Positions 49,834 to 64,000 of a stretch of 64,000 bases of DNA are shown piece by piece. Each line of letters begins with the position of its first letter. Position 1 is the stretch's first letter. Made by a program: the position numbers and the translations under genes. Source of the stretch: Macrostomum lignano (lineage: Eukaryota). Below the pieces are notes generated by a model. The model saw only the letters and a program-made list of their open reading frames with translations, was not told the DNA's origin and made no database searches. The stretch lies in assembly GCA_002269645.1 (NCBI GenBank), contig NIVC01001819.1:1-64000 (forward strand). Direction: 5' to 3'.

Positions 49834-50334
49834 GGAGCTGCATCAGCAGTGGATGCTATAGCCAAGCATTCAGCCACATATTAAAGCCAAATGCAGCAAT
49901 CTGACTTTCTACGCCGTAAACTGCCGCACTAACTGCAGGATGGCAGGATGGCAGGATATGGAGGAATCAAGTTGTAAAACGCCACAGCCCACATACAAAT
50001 GCAGAATTGCTTGGGGCTGTGCTATTCAGATAGATTGTAAAGCTGCTTTGGCCTTCGGGCTAGAGGGTTATGGGCCAGCTTATAATTGGAGACGGCCTTT
50101 GGGCATATTCACCAGTTCATCGGGTACATGGCTGCTCCGATCCCGGTTCACTTGCTTTGCGATTTACAACTCGCGTCAGTATGCTTGTATAAAGTTTTAT
50201 CTTATTCAACAATGGCTATTTCGCCCATTGGATCGGGGATTAGGATATGCTTGGGAGGATTTAGAATGCGCATGCCAAATCTGTCTAATTTGGGTACTTT
50301 CACTTATATACTCGTTTCTTCTCTCGCATTATAT

Positions 50335-51006
50335 CCGTTTCCACTTCCAATTCCGATTCCGCTTCCGCTTCCACTTCCACTTCCGATTCCGATTCCGCTC
50401 CCACTTCCACTTTTCCACTTCCACTTCCACTTCCAATTCCACTTTTCCACTTCCGCTTCCACTTTTCCACTTCCGCTTCCACTTCCGCTTCCATTTCCAC
50501 TTCAACTTCCACTTCCACTTTTCCACTTCCGCTTCCACTTCCGCTTCCACTTCCACTCCCACTTCCCCACTTCCGCTTCCGCTTCCACTTCCACTTTTCC
50601 ACTTCCGCTTCCACTCCCGCTTCCACTTCCGCTTCCATTTCCACTTTCATTTCCATTTCCACTTTCCCACTTCCGCTTCCACTTCCGCTTCCATTTACAC
50701 TTCAACTTCCACTTCCACTTTTCCACTTCCGCTTCCACTTCCGCTTCCACTTCCACTCCCACTTCCCCACTTCCGCTTCCGCTTCCACTTCCACTTTTCC
50801 ACTTCCGCTTCCACTCCCGCTTCCACTTCCGCTTCCATTTCCACTTTCATTTCCACTTCCACTTTCCCACTTCCGCTTCCACTTCCACTTCCACTTTCAT
50901 TTCCACTCCCGCTTCCACTTCCACTTTTACTTCCACTGCCACTTCCATTTCTGCTTCCACTTTCATTTCCACTTCCGCTTCCACATCCGCTTCCGGTTCC
51001 CCACTT
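50335..51006. repeat. (TTCCAC/TTCCGC)n hexamer repeat with a 200 bp internal duplication
   Basis: The variant block TTCCACTCCCACTTCCCCAC recurs at 50551 and 50751. Confidence 0.93.
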
Positions 51007-52270
51007 CTTTAATTTCTCAGTTTATCTCAGAGGTGAACAAAATCAATTTTCCAATGCACCAATTGCAGTTGCCGTTCGTCTGCATCACGCGGTATATTTT
51101 GCAACTGTAAATTGTAAATCGAACTGCCTCTACCGATCAAGATAACAGCTTTTGTGAGTGTTTTCATTCAAAATTTGCATAATCATAAAACAGTGTTTTC
51201 TTGTTCTGGATGTTTGAGTTTTTTAATTCTCAAACAAAATTTCAGAATGATTGCGGCGAGCCAAAACGAACTGAAGGTCGATTAGAACTTTTGAAGTCGG
51301 TGCGTCAACATAGTCTACATATTCTCGTGAGTAGGCTGTTGCCAAAAATTATATAAATCTTACTATAGGGTTATCTAAACCAAGCATGAAAGTGCTTGAG
51401 GTGTGACTGACTGATGAAAATGGTGGCAGTGAGTGTGGTAATTTCAGTCAAAGTAAATTCTGGCAGTCTTGAAGTTGGTTGCAATTTTTTAAACAAAAGT
51501 TTCATATTTTCGCTGATTTGCTCTACTGATAGTAGAAATATACGAGTATTGACTGTTAAACTTCATCCAAGCGTCTATTCTGCATCCTAGCAGAAATTCT
51601 TGACACGAAATTTAATTATCCAAAATTTCTCTGCCATGGAGTTCTTTGAACAGCATCTGGATTGGAGGCTTTCAATATTTGCTAAAGGCATTTTATATTT
51701 GAACACTAAAGAGACAGGGCTTATTCTTACTTTCATAAGTAAAAATCAGATCTGGCTTTCCAGTACGCGCCATAAAAATAGAAATATAGCAATTCAATCT
51801 GTTTCCTATCCAGATAGCTAGTTTTAGAAGGCCATGAGATTACGACGTCAAATTAGTAACATTTTTGCAGCCTTTACGTTGATGCATATATTTTTATGCA
51901 TATATATTACATGACTCATATATATCTATGCATACAAAATGAGAAAGAGTTGATTGCACGCGATATGCTGTAAGATGATATCCATGAAGGCTGCTTTGCC
52001 TCGATCACGACAATGAAAATGATCGGATCAGAGAGAGCTTGGGAGCGAATCTGCAGAGTCTGGCCGTCATCAGCAACATGCGTGCTGCACATGGCTACTG
52101 GCGTCAGTCGATTGCGATTCGAGCAGCAGGGAATCCGATGGCTTGAGCCGAGCTTGTTTCAGGTGAGACTTTGCGAAATTTTACGATTTTTTGCAATAAT
52201 GATTATGATGTTTATTATTATTATTACTTAAATGCCTAAGACAGAAAAGATTTCGAATATGAACTCATGA

Positions 52271-53023
52271 AGCTCAGACCCTTCACTGAGTCACCGCCAA
52301 CCCTAAACACAGCACCACTCAGACCCTTCACTGAGTCACCGCCAACCCTAAACACAGCACCACTCAGACCCTTCACTGAGTCACCGCCAGCCCTAAACAC
52401 ACCACCACTCAGACCCTTCACTGAGTCACCGCTAACCCCAACCACCCCACCACTCAGACCCTTCACTGAGTCGCCGCTAACCCCAACCACCCCACCACTC
52501 AGACCCTTCACTGAGTCGCCGCTAACCCCAACCACCCCACCACTCAGACCCTTCACTGAGTCGCCGCTAACCCCAACCACCCCACCACTCAGACCCTTCA
52601 CTGAGGCACCGCCAGCCCTAAACACCCCACCACTCAGACCCTTCACTGAGGCACCGCCAGCCCTAAACACCCCACCACTCAGACCCTTCACTGAGTCACC
52701 GCCAGCCCTAAACACACCACCATTGAGACCCTTCACTGAGTCGCCGCTAACCCCAACCACCCCACCACTCAGACCCTTCACTGAGTCGCCGCTAACCCCA
52801 ACCACCCCACCACTCAGACCCTTCACTGAGTCGCCGCTAACCCCAACCACCCCACCACTCAGACCCTTCACTGAGTCACCGCCAGCCCTAAACACCCCAC
52901 CACTCAGACCCTTCACTGAGTCACCGCCAGTCCTAAACACCCCACCACTCAGACCCTTCACTGAGTCACCGCCAGTCCTAAACACCCCACCACTCAGACC
53001 CTTCACTGAGTCGCCGCCAACCT
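52271..53023. repeat. 45 nt minisatellite with an internal 6-bp hairpin and two alternating spacer variants
   Basis: ACTCAG-ACCCTTCA-CTGAGT plus CACCGCCAGCCCTAAACACACCACC or CGCCGCTAACCCCAACCACCCCACC; about 17 copies. Confidence 0.93.
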
Positions 53024-53512
53024 CAAACTCAAATTTATTTTTTTAAATCTGAAACACTTAAGCTCCAGAATTATATATTTCGGCAAATGAAGCAGTTTAG
53101 TATAGAAATAATATCAACTATAAGCATACTGAGCAGCTCACTAGGCTAAAGCCTATCCCATACCAAGGATTATAGAAGATAATAGGTTGGCAAACTCCAA
53201 ATTCATAAAAAAATTATATGCCAGATAAAAAGTCGAAATGAACTCCCAGCTGCCGCTGGGCTAGCTTATAGATTTCTCTTGCCTCAGTTAGAGAGCGGCT
53301 TCACATCCACTCCCAGCTAAGACTCTGCGAGCGCCTCTCGGGCTAGGATATTATAGGATGAGATTGCTTTAGGACCAGCTCAGGCTCTGGTATACAGCCC
53401 GGCTAAAAATAGCTTTTCTGTTCCATTCCTCCGCATGCACAGAATAGCGCCGTGGGATCAGGGAGCTGCGAGAGGAAAAACATTATCTTATTATTATCAA
53501 ACAAGGCGAGGG

Positions 53513-53884
<372 letters not shown>

Positions 53885-54956
53885 TGACAGGTGAACGCTG
53901 GCAGAAAAAACTATAAGCATTACACCCTATTTCTGTCCTGCATCTTGGCAACCAAGCAGACACAGGATGAGGACTGGCTGGGTGGGAAGGCGAGAGGGCG
54001 TCAGGATGTAGCGGATGGGGATCAAGGGAAAGCGCGGTGAGCCCGGTTCACTTTGAGATAGTGGGGTTATTTTTCATCCTTAGAAATGGTAGGACACAAG
54101 CGGACTGATGGGGAACAGAGGCTGGGCTGGGCGGTGGGGTGGGGGGGGCTCTTGTCTCTCTCCCAGCATTGCTCACCCTCCCCCTCTCCGCCTTTGGTCA
54201 GTTGATTCCGCACTTCCGCAGCATCCGGACACAAACTCTCTGCGCACCTCTCCGCATCCCCCTTCCTCTCTCTCCCTCTCTCTCTCTCTCGCGTGTTCCT
54301 TCAAATCCCTTCGATAGGTGGACGAGGCGAACCACTAGAAAATATTTTGCTTGCCCGCCACCACCGCTGCCCACCCCAGCGCCTGAGTCGGAGTTCCACC
54401 GCACAGGCCAGGCTGAGGTGTGCTGTGAGATAGAGAGCGAGAGAGGGGCGAGAGGGCTACGGAGAGAGAAGGGCGAGAATTTCCTAACCCAAATTCCTCC
54501 CTCCCTCTGCAACCTCAGATCCCAACCCTGCCGACACCCTTCTCTCTCTCTCTCTTTTACTCTCTTCCCTCATTTTGCTGTCTTCTTTCGCTTCGTTCTT
54601 TCCTCTTTCTAAAGTTAATCGCTTCTTAGCTTAGGCCAGTGGTGCAGCTCCTAAAGACCCCAGTGTGACTTCCCTTTCTCTGTCTGTTCCCACGCTGAAC
54701 TGCATGCTACAGCGCTGCCAACCTGTGTGACTGTCTGCCCACCCGACCCGTCTGTAAAGCCGCGGAGAAGGTGCCGTCACTTGGCCCCCACCCGCGTGTT
54801 AGCGATTAGCTTGGACACCGCTTGTCATCCAGCAGATAATTGAAAGAAGATGGTTCACAAGGAAGCCGTAGAGTTTCACTAGCAAATAGCCAGAGAGACG
54901 AAATTTGAATTTTGGTCACTTGAAGCAGCAACAGCAACAGAAGCAACAGCACCATC

Positions 54957-55125
54957 ATGACTCGAGGCGGCGTAATGGACGCCGGCTTCGTGTTGAAGCT
55001 CGGCAGAATCTTCAAGACCCCCTACGGCGGTCACGGAGTTGATTTTATTGACCAGCTCAATTACCAGTTCACCGGAGGCCTGATGACCATATTTATAGTG
55101 ATTATTGGACTGCGGCAGTACGTTG
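54957..55125 (+). CDS. inx: Innexin, coding exon 1 (N-terminus and TM1)
   Basis: MDAGFVLKLGRIFKTPYGGHGVDFIDQLNYQFTGGLMTIFIVIIGLRQYV(G) carries the innexin D-LNY...QYVG motif. In-frame TGA at 54921 upstream; second ATG at 54975; donor G|GTGAGT, phase 1. Confidence 0.9.
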
Positions 55126-55272
55126 GTGAGTGCGGTGGTGACTGCCGGATATGGAGAACCTGAACTAATACCAGAGGCTCTCCCAATAATAGCTATGGGG
55201 GCATGCCAATGCTTTGTTGCCCACCCCCCTAATCACCTTGTGACCCGTTATGAAAATAAATACTTTTGTTTC

Positions 55273-55546
55273 AGGGCGCCAAGATGAGTGCCTGCGGCGC
55301 TAAAATGAGTGCCTGCGGCGCTAAAATGAGTGCCTGTGGCGCTAAAATGAGTGCCTGCGGCGCTAAAATGAGTGCCTGCGGCGCTAAAATGAGTGCCTGC
55401 GGCGCTAAAATGAGTGCCTGCGGCGCTAAAATGAGTGCCTGCGGCGCTAAAATGAGTGCCTGCGGCGCCAAAATGAGTGCCTGTGGCGCTAAAATGAGTG
55501 CCTGCGGCGCTAAAATGAGTGCCTGCGGCGCTAAAATGAGTGCTGA
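55273..55546. repeat. 21 nt minisatellite (AAAATGAGTGCCTGCGGCGCT), locus 2, in innexin intron 1
   Basis: About 13 copies; same family and flanks as 22957-23962. Confidence 0.95.
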
Positions 55547-56385
55547 CAACACTGATTCTGAAAATAATGCACATGCAGGAATTTAGTCATGTAAGATTCT
55601 AGATCTAAGAGAACAATATCTGGTTCTGAAACTAGATCGCATCTCACCCCAGAGCTAGATTAGACAAATTCTCGATGTGGGATTCGAGAGTTTGGGCTTG
55701 AAAATAAATTTGGAATTAAAGCAACCCAGGTAATGGAATGGGAGATTCAGTCTGCAAAATAATAATTTTCGGTCAGACATCTAAGAGCCTGAGCACAACT
55801 GACAACTGATAGAGCAGGCAGGCTCTGAGCCTCATCGAGTCCAGAATAAATGAGAAATTCGTCGACAAAAAACTGGAAAAGCAATCGAGCGGTTCTCGCC
55901 ACTGAAACACCTGGGCAACAGATGGCCCGGCCTTGGGCTTTTCCAGCAGCTCAGAAACCTGACCTGGCATTGAGGGGCAGTTTAACTGACTGCTAAAAGG
56001 CACAAAGTTTAACTGAGATTTATCCAGAAAATTGAACCGAATCTAAAAAATAGAAATATTTCGCGTAGTGCATTTCTATACTGCTTCGGCTTAGCAACTT
56101 TTTTCTGTGTTTCATCATCGGTGGCTCCACGATCCCCTTTTCCTTCATCATTTTTTATCTGTCTCTGCTTTCCCATTAGCGCGCCCGTCAGCTGCTGCTC
56201 CCGGGGAGGCCGCCTTGAGGCTGATGAAAGATCTGTGAGTCTGGGAAGCTGGGACCACGCGAGCAGTTCCTTCATTATTTGCATTGGCCCTGGGTGCCTC
56301 AGCATCATGCTTTTATCGGGAAACTGGGCTTCCGAATGGCAATGCTATCCATCAGCTGCTCCCGCTGAGCTGGTCTGTCTGTCTA

Positions 56386-57506
<1,121 letters not shown>

Positions 57507-58344
57507 CCAATCAGATAAACACAGGAAACCGTGAGGCGCAACCGTGTTCTCAAGAATTAGCGCCATGAATAGACTGTGTGTGGTTGAACCTCAGAAGAAA
57601 TAATTAATTTTTCGCCTCTCATATTCTGGTCCGTCAGGGAACGGGATTTGGGCTTCACGCAATCGCCAAGTCAAGCAATCAGGGGATGGACTCTCTATTG
57701 AGTCTCTGGCCCCTTCCAACTGATTAATATTTGCACAATTCGCCACTTATCTCAGAGCATTGTCCCCGATCCTCGGACTGGAATCGCCTGCACAGAAGGC
57801 ACGGCACGCAGACTTTTCGGGCAGTTTCTTCCCCTTTCCCGTGGCTCACAGGAGACCCGGGGCGGCCGAGGGCACAAAGCGGGGAATTAAAAGACAACAG
57901 AGGCGCGCAGTGCGGTCTCTCGCGCACTGTCAGGCAAAGAAAGTCGCGAGAATGTGGGAGCAGCGGAGGAAAAAATCAGTTTGCCAAGTTGGTGCTCAGT
58001 TTTTTTGCGGCTCTGCGCCGGGGCTAATCAAGGAATCTCGGCTTGGGGAAAATTGCGAAGGCAAAGGGATTCAAGGGAGGAGGCGGGCCTGATTTCTCGG
58101 TCCAGCAATTTCCCTGAGCGGGAGTTGCCCGCCCTGAGTCCAGCCGACTGCCCCTTAATACTCAACTGCGATGGGTATCTCTTTCATTTTGCTGCAGTCC
58201 GTCCCGCGGCTGCCTCGGACTCGACTGTGACAGGCCTTGCAGTTTATTCATCTCTTTATTGGCCCTGCTCAGCTTGGGGACTGTTTGGGTATGCTGCTTA
58301 TCCTGCTCACATAACACAGGCTCTGAATAGGGCTTCTGTTAGAT

Positions 58345-58577
<233 letters not shown>

Positions 58578-59475
58578 GATGGATTCCGCAGTCCTCAGCT
58601 CTGATCAGCTCGCTGTGACTGACACGGCACCTTGATTTCCCTTGCCATGGAGGCCGCAGTGCCTGAATGACAGAACACTAACGAGCCAGAATTCCGTGCA
58701 CACGCAAAGGAGGCAGCGGCTGCTCGGAGCGCTGCATTCCGCAGGCTGTTCGTAACGAAGCAAGGCTAAGGAAGGTGATTGACGACGTCTCCTCGAACTG
58801 AAAAGTCTGTCCAACCCTATTGATGACGCTTGTCAAAAAATGCAGTACAGCGGCCCGAATGCATAGAAATCGATGCTCTTCCCCTGTGGGGAACTCGATG
58901 GGCAAGGTTGCACTCGCTCGAGTATGGATTACTAAGAACGTCCTGGAAAAGAAGCTTTACAGACTAAGTACGAGTATATGCCGACGAGACAGAAAGGTTT
59001 CGCCAGTCAGTGTCCAACCCAGATGCCTAATTCTAGTTCTCCTTGACTGAAGTATTTAATATTTGTCTTTCCCACATGATGTACATACGAGGGTATACTT
59101 TTTGGCTTTCTTTAACTTTCTGAACCGCGCACCGTCTGAACTTAGGCGGGAAAAACCCCCGCGGTTAGAAAACCTGCGCAAGATTCTTCAGATAAAAATC
59201 TGACCCAGAAATTCGACAAGATTTGACGTTGACACAGAAACAGACTACGACGAGGCGAAATCGAGAAAATGATTCTCTAGATTCGTTCATGACAGGCCCT
59301 CTGATTTTTGCAGATCGGGTTTGGTGGGCAATTTTGTCGCCGATTCACTTACTTGTGTCGGTTGTTAATTTCCATCACACCATATGTACGTTTCCACTTC
59401 TCTCCACCTCTCACTGCTCTCTCCACAAGTTTCTACGTGTTTTTTCAACTCTACATGTCTCTATACAACTTTAAA

Positions 59476-59996
59476 CGTCTCTACACGTCTGTACACGTCT
59501 CTACACGTCTCTAAACGTCTCTGCACGTCTCTACACGTCTTTACACGTCTCTACACGTCTCTACACGTCTCTACACGTCTCTACACGTCTCTACACGTCT
59601 CTACACGTCTCTACACGTCTCTACACGTCTCTACACGTCTCTACACGTCTCTACACGTCTCTACACGTCTCTACACGTCACTACAGTCCCTAAACGTCTC
59701 TGCACGTCCCTAAACGTCTGCACGTCTCTAAACGTCTCTGCTCGTCTCTAAACGTCTCTGCACGTCCCTAAACGTCTCTGCACGTCTCTAAACGTCTCTG
59801 CACGTCTCTAAACGTCTCTGCACGTCCCTAAACGTCTCTGCACGTCCCTAAACGTCTGCACGTCCCTAAACGTCTCTGCACGTCTCTAAACGTCTCTGCA
59901 CGTCCCTAAACGTCTCTGCACGTCCCTAAACGTCTGCACGTCTCTAAACGTCTCTGCACGTCTCTAAACGTCTCTGCACGTCTCTAAACGTCTCTA
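59476..59996. repeat. 10 nt repeat (TCTACACGTC) grading into a 20 nt dimer (TCTAAACGTCTCTGCACGTC)
   Basis: Direct reading. Confidence 0.93.
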
Positions 59997-61798
59997 AAAC
60001 TTCTTTAACACCTCTCGACAGTCTTCACATGCAAATGCCTCTTAGCATTTCTACATATTTCTCCCCTTATTATTACTCGGTACAACGAGCTGTTTACAAC
60101 AATATTTCGCATCAGTGAGCCACATGCTGAGCTTTCAATACGCCGTCAATCTTTCTTCCGAGTCAGGACTCGCCCTTGGTTTGGCTATTTTTTACTAGAA
60201 ATTTCTGTTCTCAATAAGAACAGCTCAGGAGGCTTAAAAAGAACAGTAAAAATAGGTCAATTCACGAAGAGCCATTAATAACGGCTCCATGAGCTCAACT
60301 CATTTGGGACCCACTCTCGATCAATCCGCGAGCTTTCAATCAAGCTATTTCGCGTTCCTATTCATCCGACCTCATTCAAAACGCTATACTCCGGAAGTCC
60401 TGCTCTGGGGCCGAGAATCCCAACTCCAACTGTTTTCTATTAAAAACTTCCTTTAAAACTTCCTCTGTAGAGTTTCGATTCGATTACTCAAGTCTGCAGT
60501 CGCATTACACTTTAGCCATGCAGAGCTGTTTTGCAAAGCAGAACTGAGCAAAAACCTGAGCAGCTGAATTAGGCATGTAGCTAGAGCTTATGCAGTAGCT
60601 AAAAGTGGAGTAGCTAGCTAGACTCTTTTTGTGTTCCGGAAGTCGACCTACTCGACGCCGTGTGTGAAGGATGCCTATACTACACTGTAGGTTCTTGTTC
60701 AACATCTTCTACACCATAGCTGGTTCACCCGAATCCCTCCAATCTCCCTCTTTTCCTCTCCCTCTGCCCTGCATGGCTGTTTCTATCTGAATTATTAACC
60801 GGATGCCAAAGTCCAGCTCCCTGTAGAGCTAAAGGAAGTCCCGAGAAAAATGAGTCCGACACGAGAGAGAGGGAGAGCTGGAACTCAAAAGTAGCAAAGC
60901 AGCCGTTGCAGCATCAGAGCCATGGCGGCTATACGCGGCGGAAGAGAACATCCCACCCTGACTGCCAATGTTTGGCTACAGTTTTTTCTCGGGGGTCCCT
61001 GCTAGCAGAAAAAGAGCCAGCAGATGGATTAATGTAGGAAGCGCTTGTCCAGAATATTTGTTCCGCCTCCTGCCCAAGATTAATGACTGATTTAGCTAGT
61101 TCAATAGAGATTGCGAAAATTGTTACGGTATAAAATATCTGCAATTACTACAATATATTGTAGAAACTAGAATAACGTACTAGAATTACGTCTTTCAAAA
61201 TAAAAACTGTTTGAGTAGTTATATTCAGCTACCGCAGTTTCTGTATTAAAACAAATTAATTTTAAAAACAAACAAAAGCCAGACGATCGTATTTAAAAAT
61301 ATTTACGGTCGTAAAAGTATGTATTTACGTATTATTAATATACAAGCGTAGATCGATAGTAAATCCTTTGTATTGATAGGAAAATCAACTTGAAATACCT
61401 AAGAAGTTCTGCATAATTACCTAATTTTCTGATAAAATTTTATATATTTACAATTACAATAAATTGACAATTACATAGCTACAAAATTGCAATAAACCAA
61501 AGGTCAAACATTTTACTTTAAATCGAAATATAAAAAACAAAAAAGTAATTACAGCTAGATTGTAAAACTTGACCAAATCCGCTCCTCGAATAGTAAATTT
61601 GTTTATTTGCAATGTTTATCATTATTTAAAACAAAACCTTAACTATTTGCTTTAATTATAAAAAAATTGATTTGTCCGCATACATTTTAGTTCTAATTTA
61701 TATTTACTTGATTTATCTTTTAAATTCTAATATTAATTGATTATTGAGTGATATTAATACTAATTCAAATATTCCTAACGCATCAAACCCGCATTCAG

Positions 61799-62435
61799 GC
61801 AAACCAATTCAATGCTGGGTGCCGCAAGAGTTCTCCAAAGCTTGGGAAGACTTCGCCGAGAACTACTGCTGGGTGTCGAACACCTATTTCCTCATGGCTA
61901 GCGACGATATTCCAATCAATGCGAAGGAAGTAGCCAAGGTGCAGCACCTCACCTATTACCAGTGGGTAGCCATAGTGCTAGCAGGCCAGGCTATGCTCAC
62001 CTGGGTGCCCCATCTCATCTGGCGAGTTGGCGCCCGCCGTCTGCCAATTCTGATTAAGAACGCCAGGAGTGCAGCCGTGCCAGACACCGACCTGCGACGC
62101 AAAGCGGTCCAGTGTCTGGTGGCGGCGCTGGAAGAACAGGCGGAGGCGGCCAACAGGCATCGGAGACTGAGGAACACGGTTGAGAAGTTTCTATTCTGCC
62201 TTAATCCGACAATGCGACTCACGCTGCTGTTCGTGATGGTCAGGCTGATGTTCATCGGCAACGCTATTGGCCAAATCTACCTCATGCGGCAGTTTCTGGG
62301 CACCAAGTCTGTACTTTTTGGATACGAAGTTCTTACTAAGCTGATTGCCGGCGAGGAGTGGCAGAGCACTGGCCACTTTCCCAGGGTCACCTACTGTAGG
62401 ATACCGATTCGAAAGCTGGGAATCAAGAGCGAGAC
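61799..62435 (+). CDS. inx: Innexin, coding exon 2 (extracellular loop 1, TM2, cytoplasmic loop, TM3, start of loop 2); gene continues past the window
   Basis: Acceptor GCATTCAG|GC gives G-KPIQCWVPQEF...ENYCWV...YYQWV...WQSTGHFPRVTYC, all innexin signatures. Donor AC|GTGAGT at 62436. Confidence 0.95.
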
Positions 62436-62569
62436 GTGAGTATTGTACGCGATTCATATGCGTTTGCTGGTGGGAATTGAAGCCTTAGTGAAGTCTTTAT
62501 AACAAATGAGACTGCACAATTGCATGGAGATAGAGGAGGACATTGGACTAAAGCGAATAAGAGGGGTGG

Positions 62570-62665
62570 ATAGAGGGGCGGGTCGAGGGGCGGGTAGAGG
62601 GTGGGAAGAGGGGCGGGAAGAGGGGTGGGAAGGGTGGGAAGAGGGGTGGGAAGAGGGCAGGAAGT
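62570..62665 (+). repeat. G-rich ~12 nt repeat (AGAGGGGYGGGA) in innexin intron 2
   Basis: More than ten GGG(G) runs with short loops. Confidence 0.8.
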
Positions 62666-63108
62666 AAGTTAAGATGATTTACACAGAAATTTTTACCAAT
62701 TAGCTTTACAACATTCTTAGCAAATCTAAAGTCCGTATAGAGTTTCTAGGCATTTTTAATATTCATAAATATCGATTCCTTTCCCAACAAGCCAGGTGGG
62801 AACAGCCACTATAAAATTCTCTCAAGAAATCCCAGGTAGAGTTTCCCAAGAAATCAGCCTCTGAAATCAGAAATTCTAGCAGCAAACTTAAGGAGTTTTT
62901 CTATAGTTCTAATTATTGCTATTCACCAATCGTGAGAGCGTAGCAACTAACTGGATTCTGACACGACCCCCGCACTTCAGCTCCGCCCCATATCTCTGCT
63001 TTTAAACGATCTTCTTTCGTCTCTTTTCATTTGTAAAATTGTCACGTCTTCTCTGGCTACCCGGGCGGCCTGGGTAAAAAAGGATTTGCAATCTTCAGAG
63101 GGCTACAC

Positions 63109-63112
<4 letters not shown>

Positions 63113-63169
<57 letters not shown>

Positions 63170-63191
63170 AAGAGAGAGAGAGAGAGAGAGG
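63113..63191. repeat. (GA)n microsatellite
   Basis: Direct reading. Confidence 0.95.
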
Positions 63192-63404
63192 ACAGCAATC
63201 TAGCTCAGCTTTTTCATCTTTTTTACAAAAAGTTAAAGCCTGAAAGTTAATTTGAGCTTCTTTTGCGAAAAAGCAGAAAAAAGCAGAAAAAAGCAGGCTA
63301 CTCAACCGTTTATCCTCTCGTTTTTAAGTTGCCCTGTCGGAAGCCGCTGACTCTGGAACCCCTTGATCTTTATCGATTCTCCTGTGCAACCATTCCTTTC
63401 CCAA

Positions 63405-64000
63405 CCTTCTCCCTCTCCGTCTCTCTCTCTCCTCTCTCCCTCTCTCCTCTCTCCCTCTCTTCTCTCTCCCTCTCTTCTCTCTCCCTCTCCCTCTCCCTCT
63501 CCCTCTCTCCCTCTCCCTCTCTCCCTCTCTTCTCTCTCCCTCTCCCTCTCTCCTCTCTCCCTCTCCCCTCTCTCCCTCTCTTCTCTCTCCCTCTCCCTCT
63601 CTCCTCTCTCCCTCTCCCCTCTCTCCCTCTCTTCTCTCTCTCTCCTCTCCCTCTCCCTCTACCTTTCCCTCTCTTTTTCCCTCTCTCTCTCCTCTCTCCC
63701 TCTCCCTCTCCCTCTCCCTCTCTTTTTCCCTCTCCCTCTCTCCTCTCTCCCTCTCTTCTCTCTCCCTCTCCCTCTCTCTCTCTTTTTCCCTCTCCCTCTC
63801 TCCTCTCTCCCTCTCTTCTCTCTCCCTCTCCCTCTCCCTCTCCCTCTCTCCCTCTCCCTCTCTCCCTCTCTTCTCTCTCCCTCTCCCTCTCTCCTCTCTC
63901 CCTCTCCCCTCTCTCCCTCTCTTCTCTCTCCCTCTCCCTCTCTTCTCTCTCCCTCTCCCTCTCTCCTCTCTCCCTCTCCCCTCTCTCCCTCTCTTCTCTC
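63405..64000. repeat. CT-rich (almost pure polypyrimidine) degenerate repeat running off the window end
   Basis: Direct reading. Confidence 0.93.

Noticed and set aside
49940-51145. 401 aa and 308 aa ORFs spanning the hexamer repeat
   Set aside because: Their length comes from the stop-free repeat; the unique parts show no recognisable protein.
52271-53023. CRISPR-like hairpin repeat and spacer array
   Set aside because: Spacers are only two recurring variants, the context is eukaryotic, and no cas genes are present.
54850-54882. 10-codon uORF (MVHKEAVEFH) and CAA/CAG run upstream of innexin
   Set aside because: The TSS and 5'UTR are unknown, and such short ORFs are expected by chance.
58198-58288. 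Cryptic 91-nt exon in innexin intron 1 (good AG and GT signals)
   Set aside because: It would frameshift the innexin, and the QYVG|KPIQCW motif is already continuous without it.

Overview
Eukaryotic (animal) genomic DNA with canonical GT-AG introns, an innexin and TTAGGG-type repeats. The gene style and extreme simple-repeat load suggest a flatworm such as Macrostomum; this is inference only. Four + strand genes are supported: a 4-exon cyclin L (1015-8523, 535 aa, C-terminal RS domain), an uninterrupted LSm6 CDS (10046-10288), a 3-exon orphan low-complexity protein rich in RRxS motifs (12381-15650, 550 aa) and the first two coding exons of an innexin (54957-62435, continuing beyond the window). 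Much of the remaining sequence is tandem repeat, from more than 20 micro- and minisatellite families. The most striking structure is a 12.6 kb head-to-tail trimer of non-autonomous Helitron-like elements on the minus strand (34761-47372). It has exact CTAG|TC junctions and 3' hairpins, and it sits inside a 17-nt satellite whose unit is exactly restored when the trimer is removed. Each unit carries a tRNA-derived A-box/B-box cassette just upstream of its satellite array. Units A and B also carry (TTAGGG)n tracts and triplicated 3' end modules. A string of ~90-100 bp units with similar junctions lies in intron 2 of the orphan gene. Other leads are a candidate poison exon in the cyclin L intron homologous to the regulated mammalian one, and a possible cyclin L-LSm6 trans-spliced operon. 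All coordinates, splice models and copy numbers were read by eye; no searches were run.
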